From contig PLZJ01000002.1 of assembly GCA_003152105.1 (NCBI GenBank), positions 236,257-300,256 on the forward strand: a stretch of DNA of 64,000 bases, in the 5' to 3' direction. The stretch comes from Candidatus Levyibacteriota bacterium. Its GTDB lineage: Bacteria; Patescibacteriota; Microgenomatia; Levybacterales; UBA12049. A program made the position numbers and the translations under genes. This document shows, piece after piece, positions 50,488 to 60,758 of this stretch. The stretch's first letter is position 1. Each line of letters opens with the position of its first letter. The notes beneath the pieces were generated by a model. It did no database searches and was not told where the DNA came from. It worked only from the letters and a program-made list of their open reading frames with translations.

Positions 50488-51963
50488 ATGGATAATAAAT
50501 TACAACAAAACAATCAATTTTCACCCGTTATTGCCGTTGTAGGTCATGTTGACCACGGAAAGACCTCTCTTTTAGATGCAATACGAAATACTTCAGTAGC
50601 CTCAGGTGAGCATGGAGGCATTACGCAAAAGATTGGTGCTTCTCAAGTAGAAGTCGATCATGAGGGAAAAAAGCGATTTATAACACTAATTGATACTCCA
50701 GGGCATGCAGCTTTTTCGAGCATGAGAGGCAGAGGTGCCAGAGCGGCAGATATTGGCTTATTAGTTGTATCCTTAGCCGACGGTGTAAAGCCACAAACAA
50801 AAGAAAGCATAGAACTACTTAAGAATGCACAGATACCCTATATAGTCGTGTTTACTAAGGCAGATTTGCCTAATACTATTCCTGAAAAAGTAAAGCAAGA
50901 GTTACTTAGAGAAAATGTGATGCTTGAAGGATATGGAGGTAGTATTCCCTATATAGAAGTTTCTTCAGTTAGCGGCAAAAACATAAAAGAGCTTTTAGAG
51001 CTTATATTATTAAGTTTTGACATGATAGATAATACTCGTTCTGATTTAAACTCTTCAGCTTCACTTGAAGCTATTATAATTGAATCTAAACTAGATCCTA
51101 AAACCGGTTCAAAGGCAACAATTATTATAAAAAATGGCACAATCTCACTCAGAGACGAGATCATATGTGAAGGTGTGTTAGGAAAGGTAAAAAGCCTCCA
51201 AAATGATAAGGGTGTTAGTAAGCAAAGCGCAACTATTGGTGAGGCCGTTGAAGTTCTTGGATTTGAGAAGGTTCCGCCAGTTGGAGGAGTAGTTTATAAA
51301 AAAGGTCAGGAAAAGAAACAAGAACAAAAAGTGACTACAAATGTGCCGCAAATATCTCAAAATTTAACGCCAGAACAGCTTTTTATGGATGAAAAAACTA
51401 ATAGTTTGTCGCTTATTCTCTGCGCAGATACGCAAGGCTCACTTGAGGCCATTACACAGTCGTTATCTCCTGAAATAGTTATTGTGCTTGAAAAAACTGG
51501 AGATATTTCTGAAGCTGACGTTTTACTTGCAAAATCCACTGGAGCAATTTTACTAGGATTTAATATACGATTACGCCCAGAAGTTGTACGTTTGGCACAA
51601 ACTGAAAAGATTCTTATGAAAACATATAGGGTTATATATGAGTTAATAGACGAAGTGCATGATGTCATGGAAGGAAAAAGACTACAGGGTATTGATGAAG
51701 AGCTTGGAAAGGCAAAAATATTAGCGACATTTCCTTTTGAAAAACAAACCGTACTAGGCATAAAAGTGCTCGAAGGGAGGATCGCAAAAGGCGATAAAAT
51801 GAAGCTAATTCATGAAAATGATCATATTGGAGACGCAACAATAGCCTCACTACGGCAAGGTAAACAGCCTCTATCTAAAGTCGAAGTAGGTGCAGAGGCA
51901 GGTATAATTATCACTCCTCAACTTGACATTACTATAGGGGATATGGTAATATCCTACAGGTAA
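50488..51963 (+). CDS. infB: Translation initiation factor IF-2 (no N-terminal domains)
   Basis: GHVDHGKTSLLD, EHGGITQKIGA, DTPGHAAF, ADTQGSLEA, GDISEADV. Confidence 0.96.
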   Translation: MDNKLQQNNQFSPVIAVVGHVDHGKTSLLDAIRNTSVASGEHGGITQKIGASQVEVDHEGKKRFITLIDTPGHAAFSSMRGRGARAADIGLLVVSLADGVKPQTKESIELLKNAQIPYIVVFTKADLPNTIPEKVKQELLRENVMLEGYGGSIPYIEVSSVSGKNIKELLELILLSFDMIDNTRSDLNSSASLEAIIIESKLDPKTGSKATIIIKNGTISLRDEIICEGVLGKVKSLQNDKGVSKQSATIGEAVEVLGFEKVPPVGGVVYKKGQEKKQEQKVTTNVPQISQNLTPEQLFMDEKTNSLSLILCADTQGSLEAITQSLSPEIVIVLEKTGDISEADVLLAKSTGAILLGFNIRLRPEVVRLAQTEKILMKTYRVIYELIDEVHDVMEGKRLQGIDEELGKAKILATFPFEKQTVLGIKVLEGRIAKGDKMKLIHENDHIGDATIASLRQGKQPLSKVEVGAEAGIIITPQLDITIGDMVISYR

Positions 51964-51969
51964 CAACTT

Positions 51970-53028
51970 ATGGATACTAGTGCATTTCAAAAAATCAACG
52001 ATTTACTCGAAAAGAACGATAAAGTAGCTATCGCTGTGGGTAAAAATCCTACTCTGGATGATATGGCAGCAGCCTTATCTTTATACCTCAGTTTTAAGCA
52101 AATTAATAAACAAGTTACTATTGTTTCTCCTACTAACCCAATAGTTGAGCTTTCAAATTTAGTGGGAATAGATAAAGTTAAATCGTCATTAGAAGGTGAT
52201 TCTGGAGATTTAATTGTTTCTTTTCCTTATCAAGATCGCCAAATAGAGAAAGTTTCTTATAACTTAGATGAAGAAGCTCACCAGCTACACATTATTGTAA
52301 AAGCAGGAGAAGCTGGATTACAGTTTGATGAAAAAGATGTGCAGTTTCGTAGAAGTGGTGGTTTACCAAAATTACTATTTATTTTAGGTACACAACGTCT
52401 AACAGAACTAGAATCGCTATTTGACGCAAACGCTTTGAAAGAAACAACAGTAGTTAATATTGATAATAATCAAGCAAATCAACGATTTGGTGAAATAGTT
52501 ATGGTTTCACCAGACTTTTCATCTTTGTCTGAACAAATAGGTAACTTATTAATGGTTCTTGATTTACCTATTGATCAAGATACTGCTCAAAATTTATTAG
52601 CTGGAATATCACAAGCTACTGAAAATTTTCAAAGTCCACAAACTAGCTACATAGCGTTTGAAATTGCAGCAATGCTTATGAGAAAAGGAGCAAAGAGAAC
52701 TCAAGGATATGCTCAAGCACGTGTTCAGCAACAAAATAGAGCTCCTTTTTCATCGCCACAGCCACAGCCACAACCACAACGACAGTCACCAGCTGAATTA
52801 CAGCAACGTTTATCTCAGGAGTTAAAAGCTATGCAACAACAACGAGGAGAACCAAGACGTGCGCAATTTCCTCAATCTAGACCAAATCAAAATACTATGC
52901 CAAATTCTCCACAACAGATAAATCCTATTCAACAACCAGTTCGTGGATCAGTACAAAATGATCAACAACCGGAACCACCATCAGATTGGTTAGAACCAAA
53001 AGTATATAAAGGCTCAACACCTCTTTAA
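51970..53028 (+). CDS. Degenerate DHH/NrnA-like protein with Q/P-rich disordered C-terminus
   Basis: NPTLDDMAAALSL, VVNIDNN (DHH position), SSLSEQI, AQNLLAGISQATENFQ follow NrnA topology; located after infB. Confidence 0.75.
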   Translation: MDTSAFQKINDLLEKNDKVAIAVGKNPTLDDMAAALSLYLSFKQINKQVTIVSPTNPIVELSNLVGIDKVKSSLEGDSGDLIVSFPYQDRQIEKVSYNLDEEAHQLHIIVKAGEAGLQFDEKDVQFRRSGGLPKLLFILGTQRLTELESLFDANALKETTVVNIDNNQANQRFGEIVMVSPDFSSLSEQIGNLLMVLDLPIDQDTAQNLLAGISQATENFQSPQTSYIAFEIAAMLMRKGAKRTQGYAQARVQQQNRAPFSSPQPQPQPQRQSPAELQQRLSQELKAMQQQRGEPRRAQFPQSRPNQNTMPNSPQQINPIQQPVRGSVQNDQQPEPPSDWLEPKVYKGSTPL

Positions 53029-53107
53029 AAAGTATAAGAAAGTTAAAGTATTTCCACAGACCATAACGTCTAAAGAATAATAAAATCACAATTTTAGATT
53101 CATATGC

Positions 53108-53136
53108 TTGCTTGAAGAAGGGGAACTTGCTATAAT
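53108..53136 (+). promoter_or_regulatory. rpsO promoter TTGCTT-17-TATAAT (extended TG), 6 nt before ATG
   Basis: -35 at 53108-53113, -10 at 53131-53136, ATG at 53143. Confidence 0.75.
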
Positions 53137-53142
53137 ACTACT

Positions 53143-53412
53143 ATGTCATTAGATCCAACACAAAAACAAGACATTATAAAACAGTATCAAACCGTTGATG
53201 GGGATACTGGGAGTCCAGAAGTGCAAATAGCACTGCTTTCAACTAGAGTTAGTAGATTGACCGAGCATTTGAAATTACACGCTCATGATGTGCATAGTCG
53301 TAGAGGATTACTATCTATGATTGCAAAACGCAGACGTCTCATTTTCTTTTTATCAAAACTTGATAAGGCAAGAGCCTCATCGATATCCAAGAAAGTCGGA
53401 CTCAAAGACTAA
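53143..53412 (+). CDS. rpsO: 30S ribosomal protein S15
   Basis: DTGSPEVQIALL, HLKLHAHDVHSRRGLL. Confidence 0.98.
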   Translation: MSLDPTQKQDIIKQYQTVDGDTGSPEVQIALLSTRVSRLTEHLKLHAHDVHSRRGLLSMIAKRRRLIFFLSKLDKARASSISKKVGLKD

Positions 53413-55673
53413 TGAAACAACCCCAAAAATTAATCGAAAAAAGCACTGAAATAGGAGGCAAAAAACTTACTCTACAAACAGGTAATCTAGCTTCTCAAGC
53501 AACTGCAGCTGTACTTGGAAGACTAGGAGATACTATGGTGCTTGTTACGGTAACTGCCGGATCAAAAACTGACCTTGGGTACTTTCCGCTTTCTGTCGAA
53601 TTCGTAGAGAGACTGTATGCTGGCGGTAAAATTAAAGGAAGTCGATGGGTTAAGCGAGAAGGTAGACCTTCAGACGAAGCTGTTTTATCTGGAAGACTGA
53701 TCGATCGATCTATTAGACCACTATTTCCAAAAGATTTCAAAAATGACGTACAAGTTGTATCAACAGTATTATCAGTTGATGGCGAGAATGAACCAGATAT
53801 CTTAGCAATGATTACTGTTTCTGCAGCTTTGGCAATGTCAAATATTCCATGGAATGGACCAATAAGCGCTGTGCGTATGGGTCTTACGAAAACTTCGGAT
53901 GAAAAGGTAGAATATAAAATAAACCCAGGTGGCGCAGAACTAGAACTATCAGAACTAGATTTAATCGTATCCCAAACAGAAGATAAAACTTTGATGCTAG
54001 AAGCTGGCGCAAAACAAGTTTCTGAAGCTCATATGCTTGAAGCCATAAAGCTAGCGCAAGTTGAAAATAAAAAAATGATTTCATTCATAAAAGAATTTGC
54101 AAAAGAAGCAGGATCAGAGAAAATCAAAGTTGAACCCGACACTATGTTACTGGAGATGAAAGCAGTTGTTGAAAAATCTTACAGTAGCGATATAGATAAG
54201 CTTATTGAGGCTCGAATTAATAAAGATTCCTCAAAAGAGCTACAAGATGAACTTATTACCAGAATTTTTGAAGAAGAAAACATGCGAAACCCCGAGGGAA
54301 AATATGATAAAAAATCAATCGCAAAAGCAGTAGAGGCAATATTTTTCAAAAAAATAAGACAAAATGTTCTAAAAAAAGGTATTCGACCTGATGGAAGAAA
54401 GGTTGATGAAATTAGACCAATCAGTGCAACAGTTGGCCTACTACCTAGAACACACGGTTCAGCAATTTTTCAAAGAGGAAATACGCAAGTATTAACCGTA
54501 GTAACATTAGGTTCTCCTAGGCTTGAATTGCTAATAGAATCTGCTGACGGTGAAGAAGCAAAACGCTACATACATCATTATTCAATGCCACCTTATTCTG
54601 TAGGTGAAACGGGAAGAATGGGAACTCCAAGTAGACGCGAAATCGGTCATGGAGCATTGGCAGAACGTGCCTTAGTAGGAGTAATTCCTTCTCAGGAGAA
54701 TTTCCCCTATACAATCAGAGTTGTGTCTGAAGTATTGTCTTCAAATGGTTCAACTTCAATGGCATCTACTTGCGGATCGACTCTAGCATTGATGGATGCA
54801 GGTGTACCAATAATTTCCCCTGTATCAGGAATATCAGTAGGCATGATGTCTGATGGAGATGATTATGTATTACTTACTGATATTCTCGGACTGGAAGATT
54901 TTTCAGGTGATATGGATTTTAAAGTTACTGGAACTGATAAAGGTATTACTGCTATTCAGCTAGATGTAAAAATACCGGGTTTAACAATTAAGCAAGTTGA
55001 AGAAACGCTAAAGAAAGCATATACAGGACGAATGTTTGTTCTAGAAAAAATGCTTGCTATATTGCCTAAATCAAGAACTGGTGTATCTGAATATGCTCCA
55101 AAAATAGAATTAGTAAAAATACCAGTTGAAAAAATTGGTGAACTTATTGGTCCAGGAGGGAAAACAATTAAAAATATTATTGCTCAAACCGGCGCAACTG
55201 TTGATGTTGAAGATGATGGTAATGTGGCAATATCTGGAACAGACGAGGCAAATGTTAAAAAAGCAGTAGATTGGGTAAAATCATTAACTCGAGAAGTGGT
55301 TATGGGTGAATCTTTTGAAGGTGAAGTTAAAAGAATATTACCATTTGGTGCATTTGTTGAAATTCTTCCTGGTAAAGAAGGAATGGTTCATGTGTCTCAA
55401 ATGTCAAATGATTTTGTAAAATCTCCTTCAGATGTAGTAAAAATTGGGGAAAAAGTAAAAGTTCGTGTAATTGAAATAGATGAACAAGGGAGAATAAATC
55501 TCAGCATGAAATCAGGCGACGCTCAAAGTTCTGGCGAACAACGCCCACAGAGAGAACAAAGAACTGAAAATCGAGAATTTCGTTCAAACGACCATCCATT
55601 ATCAAGACAACTTCGAAGAGAAAAAATGGAAAGTCAAAAATTACAACCTCGAGGAAGAAAAACTCATTATTAA
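53412..55673 (+). CDS. pnp: Polyribonucleotide nucleotidyltransferase (PNPase)
   Basis: RLIDRSIRPLFP, RREIGHG, SNGSTSMAS, DMDFKV, KH (IGPGGK) and S1 (FGAFVE) domains. Confidence 0.98.
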   Translation: MKQPQKLIEKSTEIGGKKLTLQTGNLASQATAAVLGRLGDTMVLVTVTAGSKTDLGYFPLSVEFVERLYAGGKIKGSRWVKREGRPSDEAVLSGRLIDRSIRPLFPKDFKNDVQVVSTVLSVDGENEPDILAMITVSAALAMSNIPWNGPISAVRMGLTKTSDEKVEYKINPGGAELELSELDLIVSQTEDKTLMLEAGAKQVSEAHMLEAIKLAQVENKKMISFIKEFAKEAGSEKIKVEPDTMLLEMKAVVEKSYSSDIDKLIEARINKDSSKELQDELITRIFEEENMRNPEGKYDKKSIAKAVEAIFFKKIRQNVLKKGIRPDGRKVDEIRPISATVGLLPRTHGSAIFQRGNTQVLTVVTLGSPRLELLIESADGEEAKRYIHHYSMPPYSVGETGRMGTPSRREIGHGALAERALVGVIPSQENFPYTIRVVSEVLSSNGSTSMASTCGSTLALMDAGVPIISPVSGISVGMMSDGDDYVLLTDILGLEDFSGDMDFKVTGTDKGITAIQLDVKIPGLTIKQVEETLKKAYTGRMFVLEKMLAILPKSRTGVSEYAPKIELVKIPVEKIGELIGPGGKTIKNIIAQTGATVDVEDDGNVAISGTDEANVKKAVDWVKSLTREVVMGESFEGEVKRILPFGAFVEILPGKEGMVHVSQMSNDFVKSPSDVVKIGEKVKVRVIEIDEQGRINLSMKSGDAQSSGEQRPQREQRTENREFRSNDHPLSRQLRREKMESQKLQPRGRKTHY

Positions 55674-55712
55674 TTTATTGCTCGTATTTTTTAGATGGTG
55701 TATGATGGATTA

Positions 55713-56855
55713 ATGGATCCACAGCAAACTAATCCTCCAGAAAATAATAACGATCAAGATCGAAATACAAACGCAAAATCAACTATGACTTCGCAGAGTG
55801 ACCCAAATAATATCCTAAACGAGTTAAAACATAAAATTGATAACGCAAATCTACCTTTAGAGTTAAAAAATAACTTGAATGAGCGAATAGCACGCCTTGA
55901 GTTATTGCGAAGTGGTAACGGAATTTCTACATCAAGTTATATTATTGAACTAGAAAATAGCATAACTTATATTAATTGGGTCTTATCACTTCCGTGGTTT
56001 GCGAAAAGTGAAGATTTGCTCGATCTTGTTCGAGCAAAACAAATTTTAGACAAGAATCACTACGCATTGCAAAATGTTAAGGACAGAATATTAGAATATT
56101 TAGCAGAAATTATATTAAATGCAAAAAATCATTCAGATGGAATTATACGATCTCCGGTTCTTTGTCTCATAGGGCTTGCAGGTACTGGAAAAACAACGCT
56201 CGGAGAGTCTATTGCGCAAAGTTTAGGAAGAAAGTTTGAGAGAATACCTTTTGGTGGAATGGGTGATGCAAGAGCTTTGAGAGGACAATCTCGAGCATTC
56301 CCAGACGCGGAACCTGGTTACATTATTAAAAAACTAGCCCATGCTAAAACAAAGAATGCTGTTATTTTATTAGATGAGTTAGATCGTGTAGCTGATTCAG
56401 CTCGAACTGATATTATGGGTGTACTCGTAGAATTGTTAGATCCAGAGCAAAATAAAGCATACACTGATCATTATATAGATTATCCGTTTGACTTATCTAA
56501 TGTGCTATTTGTTGCCACTGCAAATAATACGACAAATATTGCCACTGCAGTACTCGATAGATTAGAGATAATTCAAATGCCATCATATACCGATGAGGAA
56601 AAAGTTGTTATAGCTAAAAATTATCTATTTCCAAAATTACGAGCGCAAACAGGACTTGCGGTAAATCAATTAGAGATTGCCGATGATGTATGGGAAGGTA
56701 TTATCCGACCATTAGGATTTGATTCTGGTATTCGTAGTTTGCAACGTACAATTGAAGGAATTTGTAGAAAAGTTGCAAGAGAGATAGTTGAGGGAAAAAT
56801 TCAAACAATGGTAATTACAAACGGAAATCTTAAGGAATTTCTACAAACGTGGTAA
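55713..56855 (+). CDS. Lon-type AAA+ ATPase without a protease domain
   Basis: YINWVLSLPW, AKQILDKNHY, GLAGTGKT, LLDELD, ELLDPEQN..DHYIDYPFDLS, LDRLE; stops right after the small alpha subdomain. Preceded by TTGCTC-17-TATGAT. Confidence 0.9.
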   Translation: MDPQQTNPPENNNDQDRNTNAKSTMTSQSDPNNILNELKHKIDNANLPLELKNNLNERIARLELLRSGNGISTSSYIIELENSITYINWVLSLPWFAKSEDLLDLVRAKQILDKNHYALQNVKDRILEYLAEIILNAKNHSDGIIRSPVLCLIGLAGTGKTTLGESIAQSLGRKFERIPFGGMGDARALRGQSRAFPDAEPGYIIKKLAHAKTKNAVILLDELDRVADSARTDIMGVLVELLDPEQNKAYTDHYIDYPFDLSNVLFVATANNTTNIATAVLDRLEIIQMPSYTDEEKVVIAKNYLFPKLRAQTGLAVNQLEIADDVWEGIIRPLGFDSGIRSLQRTIEGICRKVAREIVEGKIQTMVITNGNLKEFLQTW

Positions 56856-56866
56856 AATACCCTGAT

Positions 56867-58528
56867 ATGCATAATTCGCTTTCTCTTATTCCATTAGGTG
56901 GTGTTGGTGATGTAACAAAAAACATGTACGTGTACGAAATGGAAGACGAAATCCTTCTTATTGATTGTGGATTAGGGTTTGCTAACGACAGTATGCCAGG
57001 TGTTGATTTACTACTACCAGATATTTCTTATTTGCAAAGTGTTAATAAAAAAATTGTGGGTATGGTTATTACTCATGGACATGAAGATCATATGGGAGGA
57101 TTGCCTTTTATATTGCCTCAATTGCCAAATTTTCCTATTTATGCTTCACCGCTCACTGCAGCGCTTGCAAACGAAAAGCTTAAAGAATTTGGTAATCCGA
57201 CAAAAGTTCAAGCTATATCATTTGCCCAAAAAGAACTAACTATCGGAAAATTTACAATTTCACTTATTCGCGTAACGCACTCAGTACCAGATACTGCACA
57301 CATACTCATTAAAACTCCAGTAGGATATTTTTACCATGGTAGCGATTTTAAATTTGATTTGACTCCTGCAGATGGTAAGAAAACCGATTTGCTAAAAATT
57401 GCCAGAACTGGGGAGTTGAATGTAAGATGCTTACTTTCAGATTGCTTAGGTTCTGAACGGGAAGGACATACACCTTCAGAAATAACATTGACAGAAAATA
57501 TAGAACAAGAAATGAGGATTTGTGAAGGGAAGTTTATTATAACTACCTATTCGTCTAATATTTCACGACTTAACCAAGCAATAGAAGTTGCGGAAAAAAT
57601 GGGAAGACAAATTTGTTTTATTGGTAGATCATTAATTAGAGCAAAAGAAGTTGCCAAAAATTTGGGCTATTTAAAGATAAAAGCAGGAATTGAGGTAACA
57701 CCAGAGCAAGCGAAGAAAATTCCAGATAACAAACTTATGTTACTTGTCGCAGGTTCTCAAGGTCAACAAGGTAGTGCAATGAATAGGATCGCTGAAGATG
57801 AACATAAAGATATTAAGCTTCGAAGTAAGGATGTAGTATTATTTTCATCTGATCCTATTCCCGGAAATGAAATTGCAGTGAATATGTTAATAGATGCAAT
57901 TGTTAAAAAAGGTGCAAAAGCAGTGTATTCTGATTCAGCAAGTAAGTATCATGTTTCAGGGCATGGAGCTGCCTTGGAACTTAAACTGCTTATGTCTTTA
58001 GTAAAAGCAAAAACAGTGCTTCCAATTGGAGGAACTTATAGACAAATGGTAGTTTATAAAAAATTAGCAAAAGAACTAGGATATGAAGATAAAAATATTT
58101 TACTTCTTGAAGATGGGCAGGAAATGATATTTACTAATACCTCAATGCATCTTGGTAAAAAAGTACCATCACGCTTTGTATATGTTGATGAAATAAGCGG
58201 GGAAGAGGTTGAAAGTTTTATTTTACGTGATCGAAAAAGGATTTCAAAAGAAGGCATAGTAATTGCTATGACACAAATTGATTCTGAAACTGGTAATATC
58301 TTAGAAACTCCAGATGTAATAATTCGTGGATTCAAAGTTGATTCGCAAGCTCACGCAAAATTAGTTGAACATATCACAAAAGATTTAAAAAGTAATATAG
58401 GTAAACGAAAAACGCGAATTATTGATTGGATTCATATCAGAAAGCAAATTAGTGACATAGTAGAAAAGCAATTTTTTAAGCAGTTTAAGAGAAGACCTCT
58501 TGTTTTGCCAATAGTTGTTGAGGTTTAG
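56867..58528 (+). CDS. rnj: Ribonuclease J
   Basis: IPLGGVGDVTKNM, THGHEDH, THSVPD, DFK, GSQG, PIPGNE, HVSGH. Confidence 0.96.
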   Translation: MHNSLSLIPLGGVGDVTKNMYVYEMEDEILLIDCGLGFANDSMPGVDLLLPDISYLQSVNKKIVGMVITHGHEDHMGGLPFILPQLPNFPIYASPLTAALANEKLKEFGNPTKVQAISFAQKELTIGKFTISLIRVTHSVPDTAHILIKTPVGYFYHGSDFKFDLTPADGKKTDLLKIARTGELNVRCLLSDCLGSEREGHTPSEITLTENIEQEMRICEGKFIITTYSSNISRLNQAIEVAEKMGRQICFIGRSLIRAKEVAKNLGYLKIKAGIEVTPEQAKKIPDNKLMLLVAGSQGQQGSAMNRIAEDEHKDIKLRSKDVVLFSSDPIPGNEIAVNMLIDAIVKKGAKAVYSDSASKYHVSGHGAALELKLLMSLVKAKTVLPIGGTYRQMVVYKKLAKELGYEDKNILLLEDGQEMIFTNTSMHLGKKVPSRFVYVDEISGEEVESFILRDRKRISKEGIVIAMTQIDSETGNILETPDVIIRGFKVDSQAHAKLVEHITKDLKSNIGKRKTRIIDWIHIRKQISDIVEKQFFKQFKRRPLVLPIVVEV

Positions 58529-58578
58529 TGAATTCAAATTGACTTGTCGAATACTTTTATTCGCCATATAATACTAAT

Positions 58579-60690
58579 ATGCCCAGACATAGAAGACGTA
58601 GAATTAAATTAAAGCTACAAACTAAAACTATATACTCACTGTTTGCTTTCGGTTTGTTTATTAGTGGTGTGCTCGCATTACTTTCTTTTACCAGAAGCGG
58701 ACAGTCATTTACGTATGCTAATGATGAATTGTCAAAATATTTTGGTTGGGCGAGCATTTTATTCGCTTTTGCATTAATGCTTCTTGCATTTTTATTCCTT
58801 CAGCTTAAAAAATTTGTCTTGTCCAAACCCAATGTAATACTTGGTTATTTGGTAACATTTATTTCTCTGATGGGCATATCACATAGCGGATTAATTGGGT
58901 TTAACTTATTTGAAACCTTAGCTGCATTTTTAACTCCTCTTGGGACTGGAGCTGTCTTTTTGGCAGGAATTTTTGTAGGCTTAATTGTTTTATTTGATAC
59001 ATCAATTGATGAAATCATTGGTTTTTTCTTTACTATTGTTAATAATTTATACAGATTTTTTCCAAAATCAATACTTTCTCTATTTAAATCAAAACCTAAA
59101 CGATTAACTGATAAACCATTTAAAATTAAGGGTGGTCAAAAAGATTTTAGTGCATCTAACTCACAAAATAGTAATGATATGCAAATTAAAAAAGAGCAAG
59201 TATTAATTGCAGACAAGTTGGTTTCTAATGCAACGATGCTTGGAGGTGGTGTATGGGAATATCCCCCATTGTCATTGCTCTCAGAAGTACCAGGTCAAAA
59301 AGCAGAGCGCGGTGACGTAAAACGTATCGCAAGCGTTATCGAAAAAACGCTCCAAAGTTTTGGAATAGAAGCAAGAGTAGCTGAAGTCAATTTAGGTCCT
59401 GCTGTTACACAATATGCACTTGAAATAGCTTTAGGTACAAAGGTTTCAAAAATTACATCACTTGCGAATGATTTGGCGCTTGCTACAGAAGCTCCAACTG
59501 GTCAAATTAGAATTGAAGCACCAATTCCAGGGAGAAATTTAGTAGGCATCGAAATTCCTAATAGATCTCTTGAAGTTGTTACTCTTCGTACAATGCTAAG
59601 TTCTGCATTAATGCAAAAAAATAAATCTAAATTAGTCGTATCAATGGGGTTAGATGTTTCTGGTACTCCAGTTGTGTCTGATATTTCAAAAATGCCTCAT
59701 GTACTCATAGCGGGAACTACTGGATCAGGTAAGTCTGTTATGATGAATTCTATTATTTCTTCCTTACTTTTTCGAGCATCTCCAGCAGAAGTAAAACTAA
59801 TTTTAGTTGATCCTAAACGAGTAGAATTTACTGCATATAATAATATACCTCATCTTATGACTCCGGTAATTGTTGAACCAGAAAAAATAATTTCTGCACT
59901 TAAGTGGGCCATGGGAGAAATGGATAGGAGATATAAAACATTTGCGGAACGTGGTGTTAGAAATATTGATTCATACAATGAATTATCTGGTTTTCAAGCT
60001 TTACCATATATAGTAATAGTTATCGATGAACTCGCTGATTTAATGATGTTTGCACCAGTTGAAGTCGAAGATGCCATTGCAAGAATTGCTCAAATGGCAA
60101 GAGCTACAGGTATTCATTTAGTAATCGCAACACAACGTCCATCAGTTAACGTTATAACGGGTTTGATAAAGGCAAATATACCTGCTCGTATTGCGTTCAA
60201 TGTTTCCTCAATGATTGATTCTAGGGTCATTATAGACGGTCCAGGGGCTGAAAAATTGCTTGGTCGTGGAGATATGTTATACATTCCACCAGAGCAAGCA
60301 AAGCCAACTAGAATACAAGGTGCATTTGTATCTGAAAAAGAAATAAAGAAGCTCGTTGAATTCCTTAGGCAACAAGGTGGTCCAGTTGAATATACAGAGG
60401 AAGTATTAACGCAGCCAATAATGTCTCGCAAGGGTACAGGTATAACTAGTGCTAATAGTGGTAGCGGAAGAGATGTGCTTTTCGAAGAAGCAATTCGTGT
60501 AGTATGCCAACATGATCGTGCGTCTGCATCATTATTGCAAAGACGTCTTAAGGTAGGATATGCCAGAGCCGCGCGAATTTTAGATGAACTTGAAGAGGCA
60601 GGTATTGTTGGCCCTGGAGAAGGAGCTAAACCAAGAGAAGTACTTACTCAAAATGCTGAAGACATTATTAATAGTCTGCACACACAATAA
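58579..60690 (+). CDS. ftsK: DNA translocase FtsK/SpoIIIE
   Basis: N-terminal TMs, PHVLIAGTTGSGKS, IDELADLM, ATQRPS, gamma domain SASLLQRRLKVGYARAARI. Confidence 0.97.
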   Translation: MPRHRRRRIKLKLQTKTIYSLFAFGLFISGVLALLSFTRSGQSFTYANDELSKYFGWASILFAFALMLLAFLFLQLKKFVLSKPNVILGYLVTFISLMGISHSGLIGFNLFETLAAFLTPLGTGAVFLAGIFVGLIVLFDTSIDEIIGFFFTIVNNLYRFFPKSILSLFKSKPKRLTDKPFKIKGGQKDFSASNSQNSNDMQIKKEQVLIADKLVSNATMLGGGVWEYPPLSLLSEVPGQKAERGDVKRIASVIEKTLQSFGIEARVAEVNLGPAVTQYALEIALGTKVSKITSLANDLALATEAPTGQIRIEAPIPGRNLVGIEIPNRSLEVVTLRTMLSSALMQKNKSKLVVSMGLDVSGTPVVSDISKMPHVLIAGTTGSGKSVMMNSIISSLLFRASPAEVKLILVDPKRVEFTAYNNIPHLMTPVIVEPEKIISALKWAMGEMDRRYKTFAERGVRNIDSYNELSGFQALPYIVIVIDELADLMMFAPVEVEDAIARIAQMARATGIHLVIATQRPSVNVITGLIKANIPARIAFNVSSMIDSRVIIDGPGAEKLLGRGDMLYIPPEQAKPTRIQGAFVSEKEIKKLVEFLRQQGGPVEYTEEVLTQPIMSRKGTGITSANSGSGRDVLFEEAIRVVCQHDRASASLLQRRLKVGYARAARILDELEEAGIVGPGEGAKPREVLTQNAEDIINSLHTQ

Positions 60691-60758
60691 ATATGATAGT
60701 GTTTTAGAATCCAAATTACTTGCTTTCTGATTCATGATTATATTTGAAAATTTCAATC

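Noticed and set aside
53029-53142. S15 autoregulatory leader RNA upstream of rpsO
   Set aside because: The promoter places the start site at the ATG, leaving no leader, and no convincing structure was seen.
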